From a virus (lineage: Duplodnaviria; Caudoviricetes), in the IMG/VR virus record IMGVR_UViG_3300034279_000888, positions 1 through 37,468 of that record: DNA of 37,468 nt. The stretch is one strand, 5' to 3'. A program made the translations under genes and the position numbers. Below are positions 25,201 through 35,053 of this stretch, piece by piece. Each line of letters starts with the position of its first letter. Position 1 is the stretch's first letter. Under the pieces are notes generated by a model. It worked only from the letters and a program-made list of their open reading frames with translations, had not been told where the DNA came from and did not search any database.

Positions 25201-27432
25201 TCAGAACCCTAGCGGAATGCGGCTGATCGCTTGCTGTTGAGTTGCAGAAAGAGCACCAGCTGCTCGCTGCTCTTCCGCCGTGCGGCTCTGGATCGCCCTC
25301 TGGCGAATCTCGATCGCGCTTTGCAGGGTCGGATCCGTGCGAACGAACGCTTCCAGACCGCCAGGGAACATGGCGAAGCCGTGCTGCTTCTCCCAAGCAT
25401 CCCGCTTGTCCTTAGACGTCAGCAGTTCGCGCGCCAGCTTGTGCTTGTCCACGAGGTACTGGACAAGCCCGTGCTCCTGATTCCCGTCTCCGATCGCCGC
25501 GTAGACGTAGGTCGGCTGGATCGTCGTGCCGATTCGCAGCGCGTCGTTGCTCTCGTTAAACGACGTGATGAGGCCGTGCAGCGTCGTGGGCTTGTTACCA
25601 ATCGTTCCTTCCACGACCGGCATCGGATCGATCGACCCCGGCTTTCGGAGCGCGCCCAGAGAGCGGACTGGCACCAGCGCAGGCTCGCCGTCCTGCATGA
25701 TCGGCACCATCGCGTTCTGCAAGCGCTCCTTGGACGGAAGGCCGCGCTCCAGTGCTTGCACGGTGTCCAGGCTGGCGGGGACAGGAATGCGAGATCCGCC
25801 ACCCGTGTACTCGACAATGCTGCTCCGGTGTGCGTTCAGGATCGCCTGCATCTCGACGATGCTCTTGGCACCCAACGCTTGCTCCTTCAGTTCGCCTTCT
25901 TCCACCTCTCGGATGTGGGATACCCTGTCCTTCTCTTGCGTGTCCGTACCAGCGGCACGAACCGCACTCGCGAACAAGGCGTTCAAGTGCGCCTTGATCA
26001 GGGTATCCTTCTCGCGCGTCGCGACCGCATCGTCTTCGCGCTGCCGGCGCATCTCAGCCTGCTGCCTGAGAAACTGCTGCTCCTTCTCGACCTGCGCTCG
26101 CTCGTTCACGGTCCCGTGCAGCGTGGCGAGCTTGGACAGCGAATCGTTGCTGAGTTCAAACCGCAGCGCGTTCTCGATTGCGCTCCAGTCCTGACCAACC
26201 AGAGACGACGGATCCGACCGCAGGCCGCGCATGGTCTGCACGCCGAACGAGGTGTCGCTGAACAGGACACCGTTGTTGACCATGTTGCGCAGCTGCTCGG
26301 CCTGACCAGTTGCCTCGGCACGCCTGCGAAGCTCGGGAGGGACGTCCTCCCAGATCATGGCGTCGGGAGACGTTCCGACGGCTCCTGCAATCGCAGAGCC
26401 AGAGCCTTGCATCTTGGTCCACCAGTCCACGACAGCCTGCCGCGTCTCGCGAATCTCTCGCTGCTCGCGCCGTGCCTCGACCACCTCGTACTTGTTGATG
26501 CGCTGCTCCAGTCGGTCGTACACCTCCTGCTTCACATCGCCGGCAACCAGCATTGAGTCGAGTCGCTCGGACATCGCGGCCGGCGACAAGCCCTCTGCGC
26601 GCCACGCACGGAACTGCTCAAACTCCTCCGTGCCGACCTGCCGGTCCTTGATGTCGGCCTCGTACTTCTGCGCAGCAGCCGGCAGGATCTCGCCGTTCTT
26701 CATGGCCGCGTCGAGGTACGCCTTCGCCTTGGCGGGCTGATCCTTGAACGCATCGAGCACCTGCTCGTGCATCTGCCCCATGATCCTCGTGCGGTACTGC
26801 TGGTAGGGGCTGTCCTTGGCGTCGCTGTACGGCAGCTGCAACAGCCCGGCCTGATCGCGAACCGCTCGGTCCAGGCCGCCCTTCGCAAGGCCGTATGGGT
26901 TGTCGGGGCCTTCTGGGGCGAAGTAGGCGTCGCGTGCCAGCAGCGCCTCGTTGGCGAACTGCTGCATGCGCGCCGTGTTCTGCGCTCCGTCCCAGACCTT
27001 GATCTGGTCGTAGTAGTGCGACTGGATCGCCTGCTGGTAGCTGCGCATGCGGCGATCCGCAGCCATGCGGAACATCGACCGCTGCGTGTCGTTCTGGAGC
27101 AGCTTCTCGGCTTCTTGCCGGCGCTTCGCCAGACCATCGGCCAGCGGCTTGTACCCATCGACGGCCGACTTGCCGGCAAGCGATCGGAACTTCGTCAACT
27201 CCTCGACGGCGAAGTCCGCAAGCAGGCTCTCGGCCTCCTTCGTGCGGGCGTTGTCGATCTGGTTCTCGATGCGACTCAGCCCATCGCCGAGGGCTGCCAC
27301 GCCCGCGCCCATCTGGGCGACCATCTGGCCGGTCGGGTCTTGGAACGGAACAACGCGACCAGCCTGAGCTACGGGCTGGCCCTGCGGCTGAATGCCGACG
27401 GTCGGCGTGTAGATGTCGGGAATGCGCGGCAT
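25201..27432 (-). CDS. Internal virion protein (743 aa)
   Basis: MPRIP.Y.PTV start, helical Q/A-rich sequence, position between the two other ejection genes. Confidence 0.7.
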   Translation of the reverse strand: MPRIPDIYTPTVGIQPQGQPVAQAGRVVPFQDPTGQMVAQMGAGVAALGDGLSRIENQIDNARTKEAESLLADFAVEELTKFRSLAGKSAVDGYKPLADGLAKRRQEAEKLLQNDTQRSMFRMAADRRMRSYQQAIQSHYYDQIKVWDGAQNTARMQQFANEALLARDAYFAPEGPDNPYGLAKGGLDRAVRDQAGLLQLPYSDAKDSPYQQYRTRIMGQMHEQVLDAFKDQPAKAKAYLDAAMKNGEILPAAAQKYEADIKDRQVGTEEFEQFRAWRAEGLSPAAMSERLDSMLVAGDVKQEVYDRLEQRINKYEVVEARREQREIRETRQAVVDWWTKMQGSGSAIAGAVGTSPDAMIWEDVPPELRRRAEATGQAEQLRNMVNNGVLFSDTSFGVQTMRGLRSDPSSLVGQDWSAIENALRFELSNDSLSKLATLHGTVNERAQVEKEQQFLRQQAEMRRQREDDAVATREKDTLIKAHLNALFASAVRAAGTDTQEKDRVSHIREVEEGELKEQALGAKSIVEMQAILNAHRSSIVEYTGGGSRIPVPASLDTVQALERGLPSKERLQNAMVPIMQDGEPALVPVRSLGALRKPGSIDPMPVVEGTIGNKPTTLHGLITSFNESNDALRIGTTIQPTYVYAAIGDGNQEHGLVQYLVDKHKLARELLTSKDKRDAWEKQHGFAMFPGGLEAFVRTDPTLQSAIEIRQRAIQSRTAEEQRAAGALSATQQQAISRIPLGF

Positions 27433-27435
27433 GGG

Positions 27436-28644
27436 TTACTCCGAAAGACCCTGCGAGGAGGCCCAGGCCGCCCAGCGGCGGTCGGCAGCCCTCTGGCTCA
27501 GGTACTGTCCGGCACCCGTCAGGAGCGACGGCATGGCCCCGGCCACGGGGTTCAGGGCGCGTGCCTGCATGCGCAGGCTGCCGGCGCTGGTCTCTGCCAG
27601 CAGTCCCTCGTTCGCCGCGTTCACGCCCTGCATGCGAGCGGCGTTCGCGGCACGGACGGCATTGGCGTCGATCGTGAAGCGGTCGATCTCCTTCATCAGT
27701 TCGATGCTCGCCATGGTCTCGGCACCGCTTCCGACGTCGGCGCGAATGCCGCGAGCGCCCATCGTGGCGCGAGCCGCCTCCCGCACTTGGCCGGCGCGCA
27801 TCGTCGCCTCCATCGCCTGCTGCCTGCCGGCGGCGATGATGTCCGCCGCCTGCCTCTCAGCCGCGCGCGCGTTGATCTGGCTCATCTTGCCCTGGAACTC
27901 CAGGGACATGGCTTGCTGCTTCAGCTGCGTCTGCTGGCTCTTCAGAGCGTAGAACTGTCCGATGACCTGCTGCGTCGTGCCAAGGACGGCAAGGGCAGCG
28001 CCCCACGTCATCCCGCTGTCAGGTGGGGCTTCCTTCTTCGGTTGCGGCGTTACAGCCGAGTCGTTGGGAAACGTGTAACCCTCGCGCCAAGGGCCGGGCT
28101 TGCTGCCCTCCAGCATCACTCCTGGCATCTCCAGGCCGGCGGGGTCTTGCAGCGCCACAGGGGCTTCCATCGGAGACTGCTCGGCGACGACCTCTGGAGC
28201 GGCCACAGGAGGCTCAGAGCCAGCCGGAAGGACACCAGCGTCCTGCACGCTAACCATCTCGACCAGCGCAGGATCTTGCGCCTTCAGCATGCCGGCGGCG
28301 TCTACCTGCTTCATGTCGGAGAACGGGCGCGGCGGCGGCTCGTAGGCGTACCGCTTGGCGGCCTCGACGCGCAGCGCGCCCTGCCGGCGAGCGCGCTCCA
28401 CGCTCGCGTCTGCCAAGTCCTGCCGGAACATCTGCAACTGCCGATCGGCTGGCCCCACCTTGGCTGCCGGCGGCAGCCCGTAACCGCTGCGCATCACCTC
28501 GGGGGCAACGTAGTCGCGAACGTGACGAAGAGCCTGCCGCTCTGCCGTCAACGGGTCGATGCCTCGGCCGATCAGCTGCTGCTTCATCAGCCCGGCCTCC
28601 CGGCGAAGCCGCAACTCGATCATCGCTTGCGTGAGTGGGTCCAT
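27436..28644 (-). CDS. Internal virion protein (small ejection protein) with N-terminal extension (402 aa)
   Basis: C-half (INARAAERQA..GRQQ..ARATMGARGI..GSG) resembles the small ejection proteins of BPP-1/T7-like podophages. Confidence 0.7.
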   Translation of the reverse strand: MDPLTQAMIELRLRREAGLMKQQLIGRGIDPLTAERQALRHVRDYVAPEVMRSGYGLPPAAKVGPADRQLQMFRQDLADASVERARRQGALRVEAAKRYAYEPPPRPFSDMKQVDAAGMLKAQDPALVEMVSVQDAGVLPAGSEPPVAAPEVVAEQSPMEAPVALQDPAGLEMPGVMLEGSKPGPWREGYTFPNDSAVTPQPKKEAPPDSGMTWGAALAVLGTTQQVIGQFYALKSQQTQLKQQAMSLEFQGKMSQINARAAERQAADIIAAGRQQAMEATMRAGQVREAARATMGARGIRADVGSGAETMASIELMKEIDRFTIDANAVRAANAARMQGVNAANEGLLAETSAGSLRMQARALNPVAGAMPSLLTGAGQYLSQRAADRRWAAWASSQGLSE

Positions 28645-31600
28645 CAGCCTCCGATCGCGACCTCGTAGGTCATGCCAAGGATCGTCATGGGGTATGGCGT
28701 CCTGTGGCGGATCGTCACTTGACCACTATTCCGCCAGGATCCCAGAAGCGTCACGTCGATCTCCTGCATGTCTGTGCTCTGCGCAGATGCCGGCGGATTG
28801 CCAGGGACCAGCAGAGAGCCGGTCGGCCCGATCGACACCTTGCTCGCGGACGACACCTTGAGCCATGCCTTGTTGATGTTCTTGGCCCGGCCCTGGCCCA
28901 TGCCGTCGATCTGCATCGCAGCGGGGACAGTCACGATCTCGCTCGTGTACTTGATGCCGACGACTGCCGTGGCCGCGATCGGCCGCACGGTGCCGTCCAG
29001 AGAGATCTGCCCGTTCTCGACGGTCAGGTTCTCCAGCAGGATGCCGTCTGCGACGACGTCGACCGTCAGACCCTCCAGGTGCTCCAGTTGCGTGATCGTG
29101 CTGAAGCCGATGTACACGTTGCCGGCCGCCGGCAGCTGCGTGTAGGCAGCGCCCCACGTCCCCACCGGGGACAACGTGAACGAGTTGGCGTTGTTGTAGG
29201 TCGCGATGCCGATCAGGATCGGACCAGCCGGCGACCCGACCTGCACGACCACAGTCGTTGGCGAGACGTAGCCGTGGTTGGCGTAGGCAATCACCAGCGA
29301 CTCCGGCGACCCCTTGGCGTAGGTGCCAAGTTTCTGCTGGAGCAGCGCGCCGTCGCAGTAGATCGATTCGGGTGCGACATCCTGGTTGAGCGGGGCCATG
29401 CGCTCGACCGTTCGGATGGTCGACGCGCCAACCGTCCTGCGCACAACGGCCCACAGCCGGTCCTGCTGCCCGTCTGGGATCACCGCCACCGACTCAACCA
29501 CACCGCCGACGTCGTGCTGGTGCCAACCTCCGACCTGCTCCTCGGGAACGTAGGTCAGGCCGAGCAGCTTGCCGCTCGTGCTCACGAACCAGAGCACGGG
29601 GACAGGCGACTTCTGATAGGCGGCGTCGACGATGCTGTAGTCGTCGAACAGGTGCGGCGCGCGCAAGCTCAGGTCGCCCGTCACGAATCCCTGCGACTGG
29701 AAGTTGAACCCCAACTCGCGAACGTGCCCACCGCGCGCAGCGCAGAAGATCGCGCTGTTGTTGACGATGATCGGCTGGACGGCGTTCGCGCCGTTGTAGC
29801 TCTGCGGGCGCACGCTGATCGTGCTCGGGGTCAGAGCCTCGCTGTTGATCGGGCTGACGCGCCACTCGCTGGCGTTGGTCAGCAGCAGCAACTCGCCAAG
29901 CGGGACGATGTGTCGGATCCTGTTGGCCTCGCGGGCGGCGACCTCGACCTCGATCCGGTCGGAGTCGTTGCTCGGGAGCCGGTACGAGAACTCCGTCTCG
30001 GTGAACGGCTTCGACAGGTACAGCTTGTTCGGCTCGTCGAGCGCGCCGGCAAAGCACTTGCGCTGGTCGAAGTACGCAACGGCACCGGGGTACAGCCCCG
30101 CCGCGTTGAACACCGACTCGACGTATGGCGGCGTCTTGCTGAAGTCGGGTGTGATGTTGTCGTCGACGAAGCTCGTCGTCTCGCTGTTGCCGATGAAGCC
30201 GAACAGCCCGCTGACCTCCTTGTAGACGTTGTACCGAGTCGCGCCAGGAACAGCCGACCACGTCAGCGTGTTCTTGCTGCCGATCGCCAGGAGGTTGTTG
30301 GTCGCAGTGACAGATGCAGACGCTGGGCCTTCTGCGTCGTCGATCTCTGCCGTCACTCGGTACGTCGCGAGCGCGTCCTGCACGCTGGTCACGAACTGCA
30401 ACAGCCCGCACCTGCCGAGCGCGTACTCCGTCTCGCGAGGCTCGTAGTGCCCAGATGCCTCCGACGTCGTGGACACGCTGCGGCCGTTCACGAGCACGGC
30501 AAATGCTACGAAGATTGGAGCAACCAAGCCGCCAGTAAGTTGACTACCATCGTCCAGGAACAAGCGGAACCGCTTCGTGGTTGCGAAGCTCGGGTCGAGA
30601 TCCAAGTACGCAATCGCGCCGAGCGGTATTGCGGCAGTTGAGTTGGAGTCGCAGATGCGAACGCCGGTTCCGTTCCTCCACCACGAAGCCGACTCGTACT
30701 CCAGGGTATTCAGCTGGAACGGGTAGGTGTTCGTGCCCGTCGTCTTGGTCGCGGTGATTCGCTGGTAAACGTAGCCCTCGTCCTCCAGGCGTTGCAGGTA
30801 GGCGACGTCCTCGGACCACAGGCCGCCGAATGCGTTGCCGCCGCTCGATCCGTTCAAGATGGTGTTGGTGTTCACCATCTGGCTCGTCTGCGACGGCTCG
30901 GATGCGACCACGAAGAACTTGTCGTGCAGCAGCGGGAAGTGGTCGCAGCGGCAGTACACCAAGTCCCCCTTGCTAAACTTGTGCTGCGACGGGCCGACGA
31001 CGTTGATCCAGTGCCGGTCCATGCCGCTCACGGGCGCGTCGCTGTTGGCCCAGTCCCATCGCCATGCCATGCCGTAGGTCGGCGTTGCCGTCACTCCTGT
31101 GACCTGCGGCGTCGTGTTGAACACGGAAGCCGTCAGAGACCACGCAGTCGAGCCAAAGCGTGAAAGCTCGCGCACCGGGTGATTCGGGTGCGCAAAGGAG
31201 ACGACGTCGAAGCTCTGCGTGTACGTCAGGTCGAAGATCTCCGACTCCAGGTAGCTGTGCTTCAACTCCAGGGCCGTCGAGAACTGCTGGAACCACAGAG
31301 CGTCGAGGCTGGTCGAGGTGATCAACCCCAGGCCGGCGCTGCTGTAGATCGGAACCGTCGCAAGGTAGTTGGCACCGCTGTACGTCACGACGGAGCCGAC
31401 GTCGTAGAACTTGTCGACGGTGTTCGTCCCCGTGCCGGCGGTCGTGAAGGCGATGCGCGAACCAGTCGGCGACGCCTTGAGGAAGAACCCAGTGCCAGCA
31501 GTTGGGATGTCGTAGTCGACGTAGTACAGCGTGTTCGGCGACAGCTGCGGCGGAAGCGCCCCGCCCGTGTTGCGGAAGCACACCACTTCGTTCTGCGCAA

Positions 31601-32051
31601 ACGGAGGAGTGGCCGGCGGCGTCCCTGTCCACGACGCCGACGAGACGCGCAGCTGGCTGCTGACACCGCTGAACGTCACCGTCGTGCCAGGGATGTACGT
31701 CGTCGGCGTCGCGTGCTGAAGCAAGCCGCTCGGCAAGTGGAACCGCATCGTGCCGAAGCGCGCGGTCTGGTTCACTCCATCCCACGCGCGAAGCTCGATG
31801 ACCAAAGCCTGATCGACCGAGAACTGGAACGGGATCAGGCGGCTCTTGGTCGTGCGTGGATCGCCAGCACCTCGGGATGTGTTCGCGCGGAACTCAAACC
31901 CAGGACGCTTGACGAGTACGCCCTGCGGTCGCAGCACCCAGTTGTTGATCCTGGCCGCGCCGTTCTGGTACTTGACGTCGTCGATCCTGCCGAACATCTC
32001 CGGCGAGATCTCGCCGCCCGAAAAGCCCTTTTGGTAGATGCGCGTGTTCAT
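28644..32051 (-). CDS. Tail tubular protein B / nozzle (1135 aa)
   Basis: Start reassigned to ATG 32051 (ATGA overlap). FSGGEISP.MFGR.D..KY..G, KRPG, SRLIPFQFS, YPGAVAYFDQR, YVPEEQVGGWHQHD, LEHLEG.TV.VVADG. Confidence 0.9.
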   Translation of the reverse strand: MNTRIYQKGFSGGEISPEMFGRIDDVKYQNGAARINNWVLRPQGVLVKRPGFEFRANTSRGAGDPRTTKSRLIPFQFSVDQALVIELRAWDGVNQTARFGTMRFHLPSGLLQHATPTTYIPGTTVTFSGVSSQLRVSSASWTGTPPATPPFAQNEVVCFRNTGGALPPQLSPNTLYYVDYDIPTAGTGFFLKASPTGSRIAFTTAGTGTNTVDKFYDVGSVVTYSGANYLATVPIYSSAGLGLITSTSLDALWFQQFSTALELKHSYLESEIFDLTYTQSFDVVSFAHPNHPVRELSRFGSTAWSLTASVFNTTPQVTGVTATPTYGMAWRWDWANSDAPVSGMDRHWINVVGPSQHKFSKGDLVYCRCDHFPLLHDKFFVVASEPSQTSQMVNTNTILNGSSGGNAFGGLWSEDVAYLQRLEDEGYVYQRITATKTTGTNTYPFQLNTLEYESASWWRNGTGVRICDSNSTAAIPLGAIAYLDLDPSFATTKRFRLFLDDGSQLTGGLVAPIFVAFAVLVNGRSVSTTSEASGHYEPRETEYALGRCGLLQFVTSVQDALATYRVTAEIDDAEGPASASVTATNNLLAIGSKNTLTWSAVPGATRYNVYKEVSGLFGFIGNSETTSFVDDNITPDFSKTPPYVESVFNAAGLYPGAVAYFDQRKCFAGALDEPNKLYLSKPFTETEFSYRLPSNDSDRIEVEVAAREANRIRHIVPLGELLLLTNASEWRVSPINSEALTPSTISVRPQSYNGANAVQPIIVNNSAIFCAARGGHVRELGFNFQSQGFVTGDLSLRAPHLFDDYSIVDAAYQKSPVPVLWFVSTSGKLLGLTYVPEEQVGGWHQHDVGGVVESVAVIPDGQQDRLWAVVRRTVGASTIRTVERMAPLNQDVAPESIYCDGALLQQKLGTYAKGSPESLVIAYANHGYVSPTTVVVQVGSPAGPILIGIATYNNANSFTLSPVGTWGAAYTQLPAAGNVYIGFSTITQLEHLEGLTVDVVADGILLENLTVENGQISLDGTVRPIAATAVVGIKYTSEIVTVPAAMQIDGMGQGRAKNINKAWLKVSSASKVSIGPTGSLLVPGNPPASAQSTDMQEIDVTLLGSWRNSGQVTIRHRTPYPMTILGMTYEVAIGG

Positions 32052-34402
32052 CGACCGCTGATCCACGGCGCGGTGTGGCTCGTGTCCGTCCGACGCTGAT
32101 TCGCGTCGCTGGCAGCCGCCTTGCCGATGTAGAACTGCACCATCTGCAAACAGCGCTTGGCCTCGGCAGCGCCGACGTCGCCCTTCAGGATCGGGCCGGC
32201 GAGCTTGCTCGCCAACATCCACGACAGCGACGTGATGAACAGCGGCGGGTAGTAGCCCGGCGTGTACACGAACTTGGTGTACCGAAGCTCGGCGTCCTCG
32301 ACGTCGGTGTACAGCACCATCGAGCCTGCTGCGTTCTGCTCGATCGTGTACTCGTATGGCTCGCGCGTCGTCTGATCGACGTAGCGGTCTTTCATGCCTT
32401 CAGGAATGACCTGCAAGGTCTTCAGCACGGACGGCGGGTAGACGTAGCTGTAGCCCCAGCCATCGACTTCGTTCGACGGCGTCGTCGTCAGAGCCACGCG
32501 CGCGGTCGCGAACGACCACGCATGCATCTCCAGCAGTTCGTCGACCGCTCGGTTGTAGAACTGGACGCACAGCAGCGACTGCGCAGATCCGTCGGGAGGG
32601 GAGATGCTCTGCACAGCCGCCGACTCGCCGATGTGCGCCAGTGCAAGGTTGCAGATGTCCAGTGCGGTGACCACGCAGCGTCCCTCGACGAAGATGTTGT
32701 ACGGTGCCCAGTGCTGTAGGAAGAACGACTCGTAGTTGCGGGGAGTGACAAGCGTCCCTGCGATGACGACGTCGTTGAACGTGATGTCGTGCGGCGTGTT
32801 GAGCCGGTCGCGACCGATGATGCGCGACATCCGAGCAGGGACATGCGTCGTCGTCAGCCCATCAAACAAGAAGGAACTGATCGATCCGGCCTTGTCGGCA
32901 GAGATGAGCGTCCCGCCGAGAGACTGCGACAGGAACGGGTAGTACGCATTCTCCAGCGTCAGAAGAGCCTGCGGGATTGGTCCGTCCACAAGGCAGTCCC
33001 TGACGACGACGTTGTGCCTTCCCCATCCAGCAGGATCATTGTCCGATCCATCAACCCATGTCTTCAGAATGCTGCTGGTGAGCGAAGCGGGTGCGCTGTA
33101 CCCAACAAACGGTTGGTAGGCTCCAGCCTGCGCGCCAGTGTACAGATCCCCGCCCCAATCTCCCTCCAGGCCGAAGTGCGTGAACGTACAGCCTTCGACC
33201 AGCGTGGACGGCGTGTACGTTGTCGCCGCAGATGACGGCAGGTTGAAGTAGCTAAACACGATGTTGGCGGCTTGCGTGTTGATGACGTAGGTGTCCGTCA
33301 CCGTCGTCACTCCATCGTTACCTGCCAACACGAGTCCGTCGTCGCCTGCCATGACGAAGCAGCGGTCGATCGTCCTCGTCGGAATGGACGCATTGTTGAC
33401 GGACAACCCCATGCCGTCGCAGTTGTAGAACCACGGGGTGACAACCTTCACCAACGAGCAGCTGCTGATCCCTTCGCCGAACGTGTAGAACGGGCCGCCG
33501 ACGATTGTGACGTCCTGCATCGACATGGATGGGAACGACGAGTCGCCACCATCGCCTCCGAAGCGGCCAACAACCATGCTGAACGTCAGCTGCTCCTCAA
33601 ACGTCAACGGCTGTCCAGGATTGATGTGGACGTTGCCTGCTCCTTGGACCTTGGATGCCCAGTCGGCGTCGCTGCACCACTCGCCACTCAGCACGCCAGG
33701 GCCGCGAATCACCACGTCGTTCGACTGCCGCAAGTCCAGCGAGCCGACGACCCACGCTCCACGCTCCAGCCAGATCTCGGTGTACGGGCCGACGCGCCAC
33801 AGCGTCGACGCGAACTCTCGCGTGGCGACAGTCGGAAGCGCAGTCGTGACCGACCCGGCCGTCGTCGGAAGTGTGTGGATGCCGGCGGGGAACTTCAGGA
33901 TCGCAGGGCTGCCTACGGTTCCCGAAGGTGCCCCCGACGCCATGGTGCCGGCGTTGAACGTCACGGCACCGACGGGCGTCGTGGCGGCGATCGGGTCGCT
34001 CCACACCATGACCGGATACCGCGTGTCGCCGTTCGCGACGATGTACAGCTTCGCCCCTGCGGGGACCGTGAGCGTCAGCTGGTTGCCGGACACGATCGGG
34101 CTGACCGACGCCGTCGACGGTCTGATCGTGTAGCTCGTGATCGAAGCGCTGTACTGCAAGCGCACCGTCCTGGACGCCGAGTCACTGCCGAAGCTCGTCC
34201 ACGACATCTCGGCCTGCTGACCATTCGCCCACTGCGTCGTGGTCATCCCGCTCGCTCGCGTGAACCCGTAGACGTGGTTCGCCTGCAAGACGTTCGCGTC
34301 GTCTGAGACGGAGCAGAGCCACCGAGTGCTGCCTCGATCGTTGGCGTACAGGGGGCCGCCGTTCGGCGTTCCAGTGGGACCGAGATCTCGCTGTAGTGGC
34401 AT
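32048..34402 (-). CDS. Fusion: GH49/GH28-like beta-helix glycosidase (N) plus tail tubular protein A/adaptor (C)
   Basis: N: SWTSF, IRPS, FPAGIH, LERGAWVVG, IRGPGVLSGE, NCDG..AGDD. C (from 32674): ALDICNLALAHIG..C.QFY....LLEMHAWSFA..LASKLAGPI. Start ATG 34402 or GTG 34435. Confidence 0.8.
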   Translation of the reverse strand: MPLQRDLGPTGTPNGGPLYANDRGSTRWLCSVSDDANVLQANHVYGFTRASGMTTTQWANGQQAEMSWTSFGSDSASRTVRLQYSASITSYTIRPSTASVSPIVSGNQLTLTVPAGAKLYIVANGDTRYPVMVWSDPIAATTPVGAVTFNAGTMASGAPSGTVGSPAILKFPAGIHTLPTTAGSVTTALPTVATREFASTLWRVGPYTEIWLERGAWVVGSLDLRQSNDVVIRGPGVLSGEWCSDADWASKVQGAGNVHINPGQPLTFEEQLTFSMVVGRFGGDGGDSSFPSMSMQDVTIVGGPFYTFGEGISSCSLVKVVTPWFYNCDGMGLSVNNASIPTRTIDRCFVMAGDDGLVLAGNDGVTTVTDTYVINTQAANIVFSYFNLPSSAATTYTPSTLVEGCTFTHFGLEGDWGGDLYTGAQAGAYQPFVGYSAPASLTSSILKTWVDGSDNDPAGWGRHNVVVRDCLVDGPIPQALLTLENAYYPFLSQSLGGTLISADKAGSISSFLFDGLTTTHVPARMSRIIGRDRLNTPHDITFNDVVIAGTLVTPRNYESFFLQHWAPYNIFVEGRCVVTALDICNLALAHIGESAAVQSISPPDGSAQSLLCVQFYNRAVDELLEMHAWSFATARVALTTTPSNEVDGWGYSYVYPPSVLKTLQVIPEGMKDRYVDQTTREPYEYTIEQNAAGSMVLYTDVEDAELRYTKFVYTPGYYPPLFITSLSWMLASKLAGPILKGDVGAAEAKRCLQMVQFYIGKAAASDANQRRTDTSHTAPWISGR

Positions 34403-34416
34403 GGGATCGCCGAAAC

Positions 34417-34444
34417 GCAGGCAGAGCCTGACCACTCTGCCTGC
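34417..34444 (-). terminator. Hairpin after the capsid/cement genes (possible attenuating terminator)
   Basis: Perfect 10-bp stem GCAGGCAGAG-N8-CTCTGCCTGC followed only by GTTT on the minus strand. Confidence 0.4.
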
Positions 34445-34508
34445 ATGCCCCTCAACTCGTCCTCGTCTGCCTGTCGCGACGCCGGTCAGAGCGTCACGAC
34501 CGCGATGC

Positions 34509-35036
34509 TCAGACCGGGTTCGGCAGCGTCGCGATCGCGTCGGCGTGGTAGGTCACGCCGTCCTGCGCGTCGATCACGATCTGCGCCGAAAGGTTGCCGG
34601 CGTTGCTGCCCGTGTGCGTGCCCGTCGCGACGTACTTCAGGTAGACGTAGCGCTTGTAGCGAGCGCCGGGGGTCTCCAGGTTGGACGCTCGCGGAGCCGG
34701 CAGCGGCAAGATCAGCTGCACGGGGAGGCCAGCAGCGGTGGCCGCGACGAGCGCAATCGCTGAGGTCGAGGCGAGGACGTACTCGCCAGAACCGACCGTG
34801 CCGGCGACGCCGCCGCCAGCGCCAGCCGTCGCCGCGACGCTCGCGGTGTCCGCTGTGAACACCTGCACGGAGACGTCGTTGCCGCCCGCGAACGCTCCGG
34901 TGCGGGTGATGACGATCTTGAGTGCCGTGCCCTCGGCGAGATCGCGGTCCACTCCGAAGTCGAGTGACGCGGAGATGTAGGTGCCGTTGGAGGTGATCGC
35001 CGGGTTGGTGATGGTGAGGAAGTTGTCGACGTACAT
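34509..35036 (-). CDS. Capsid cement/decoration protein, Bbp16-like (175 aa)
   Basis: ATG 35036 with SD AAGGAG; MYVD..L....AIT, RDL.EG..L, RYVYLKY; directly follows the MCP. Confidence 0.8.
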   Translation of the reverse strand: MYVDNFLTITNPAITSNGTYISASLDFGVDRDLAEGTALKIVITRTGAFAGGNDVSVQVFTADTASVAATAGAGGGVAGTVGSGEYVLASTSAIALVAATAAGLPVQLILPLPAPRASNLETPGARYKRYVYLKYVATGTHTGSNAGNLSAQIVIDAQDGVTYHADAIATLPNPV

Positions 35037-35053
35037 GTTGGTGCTCCTTGGGA

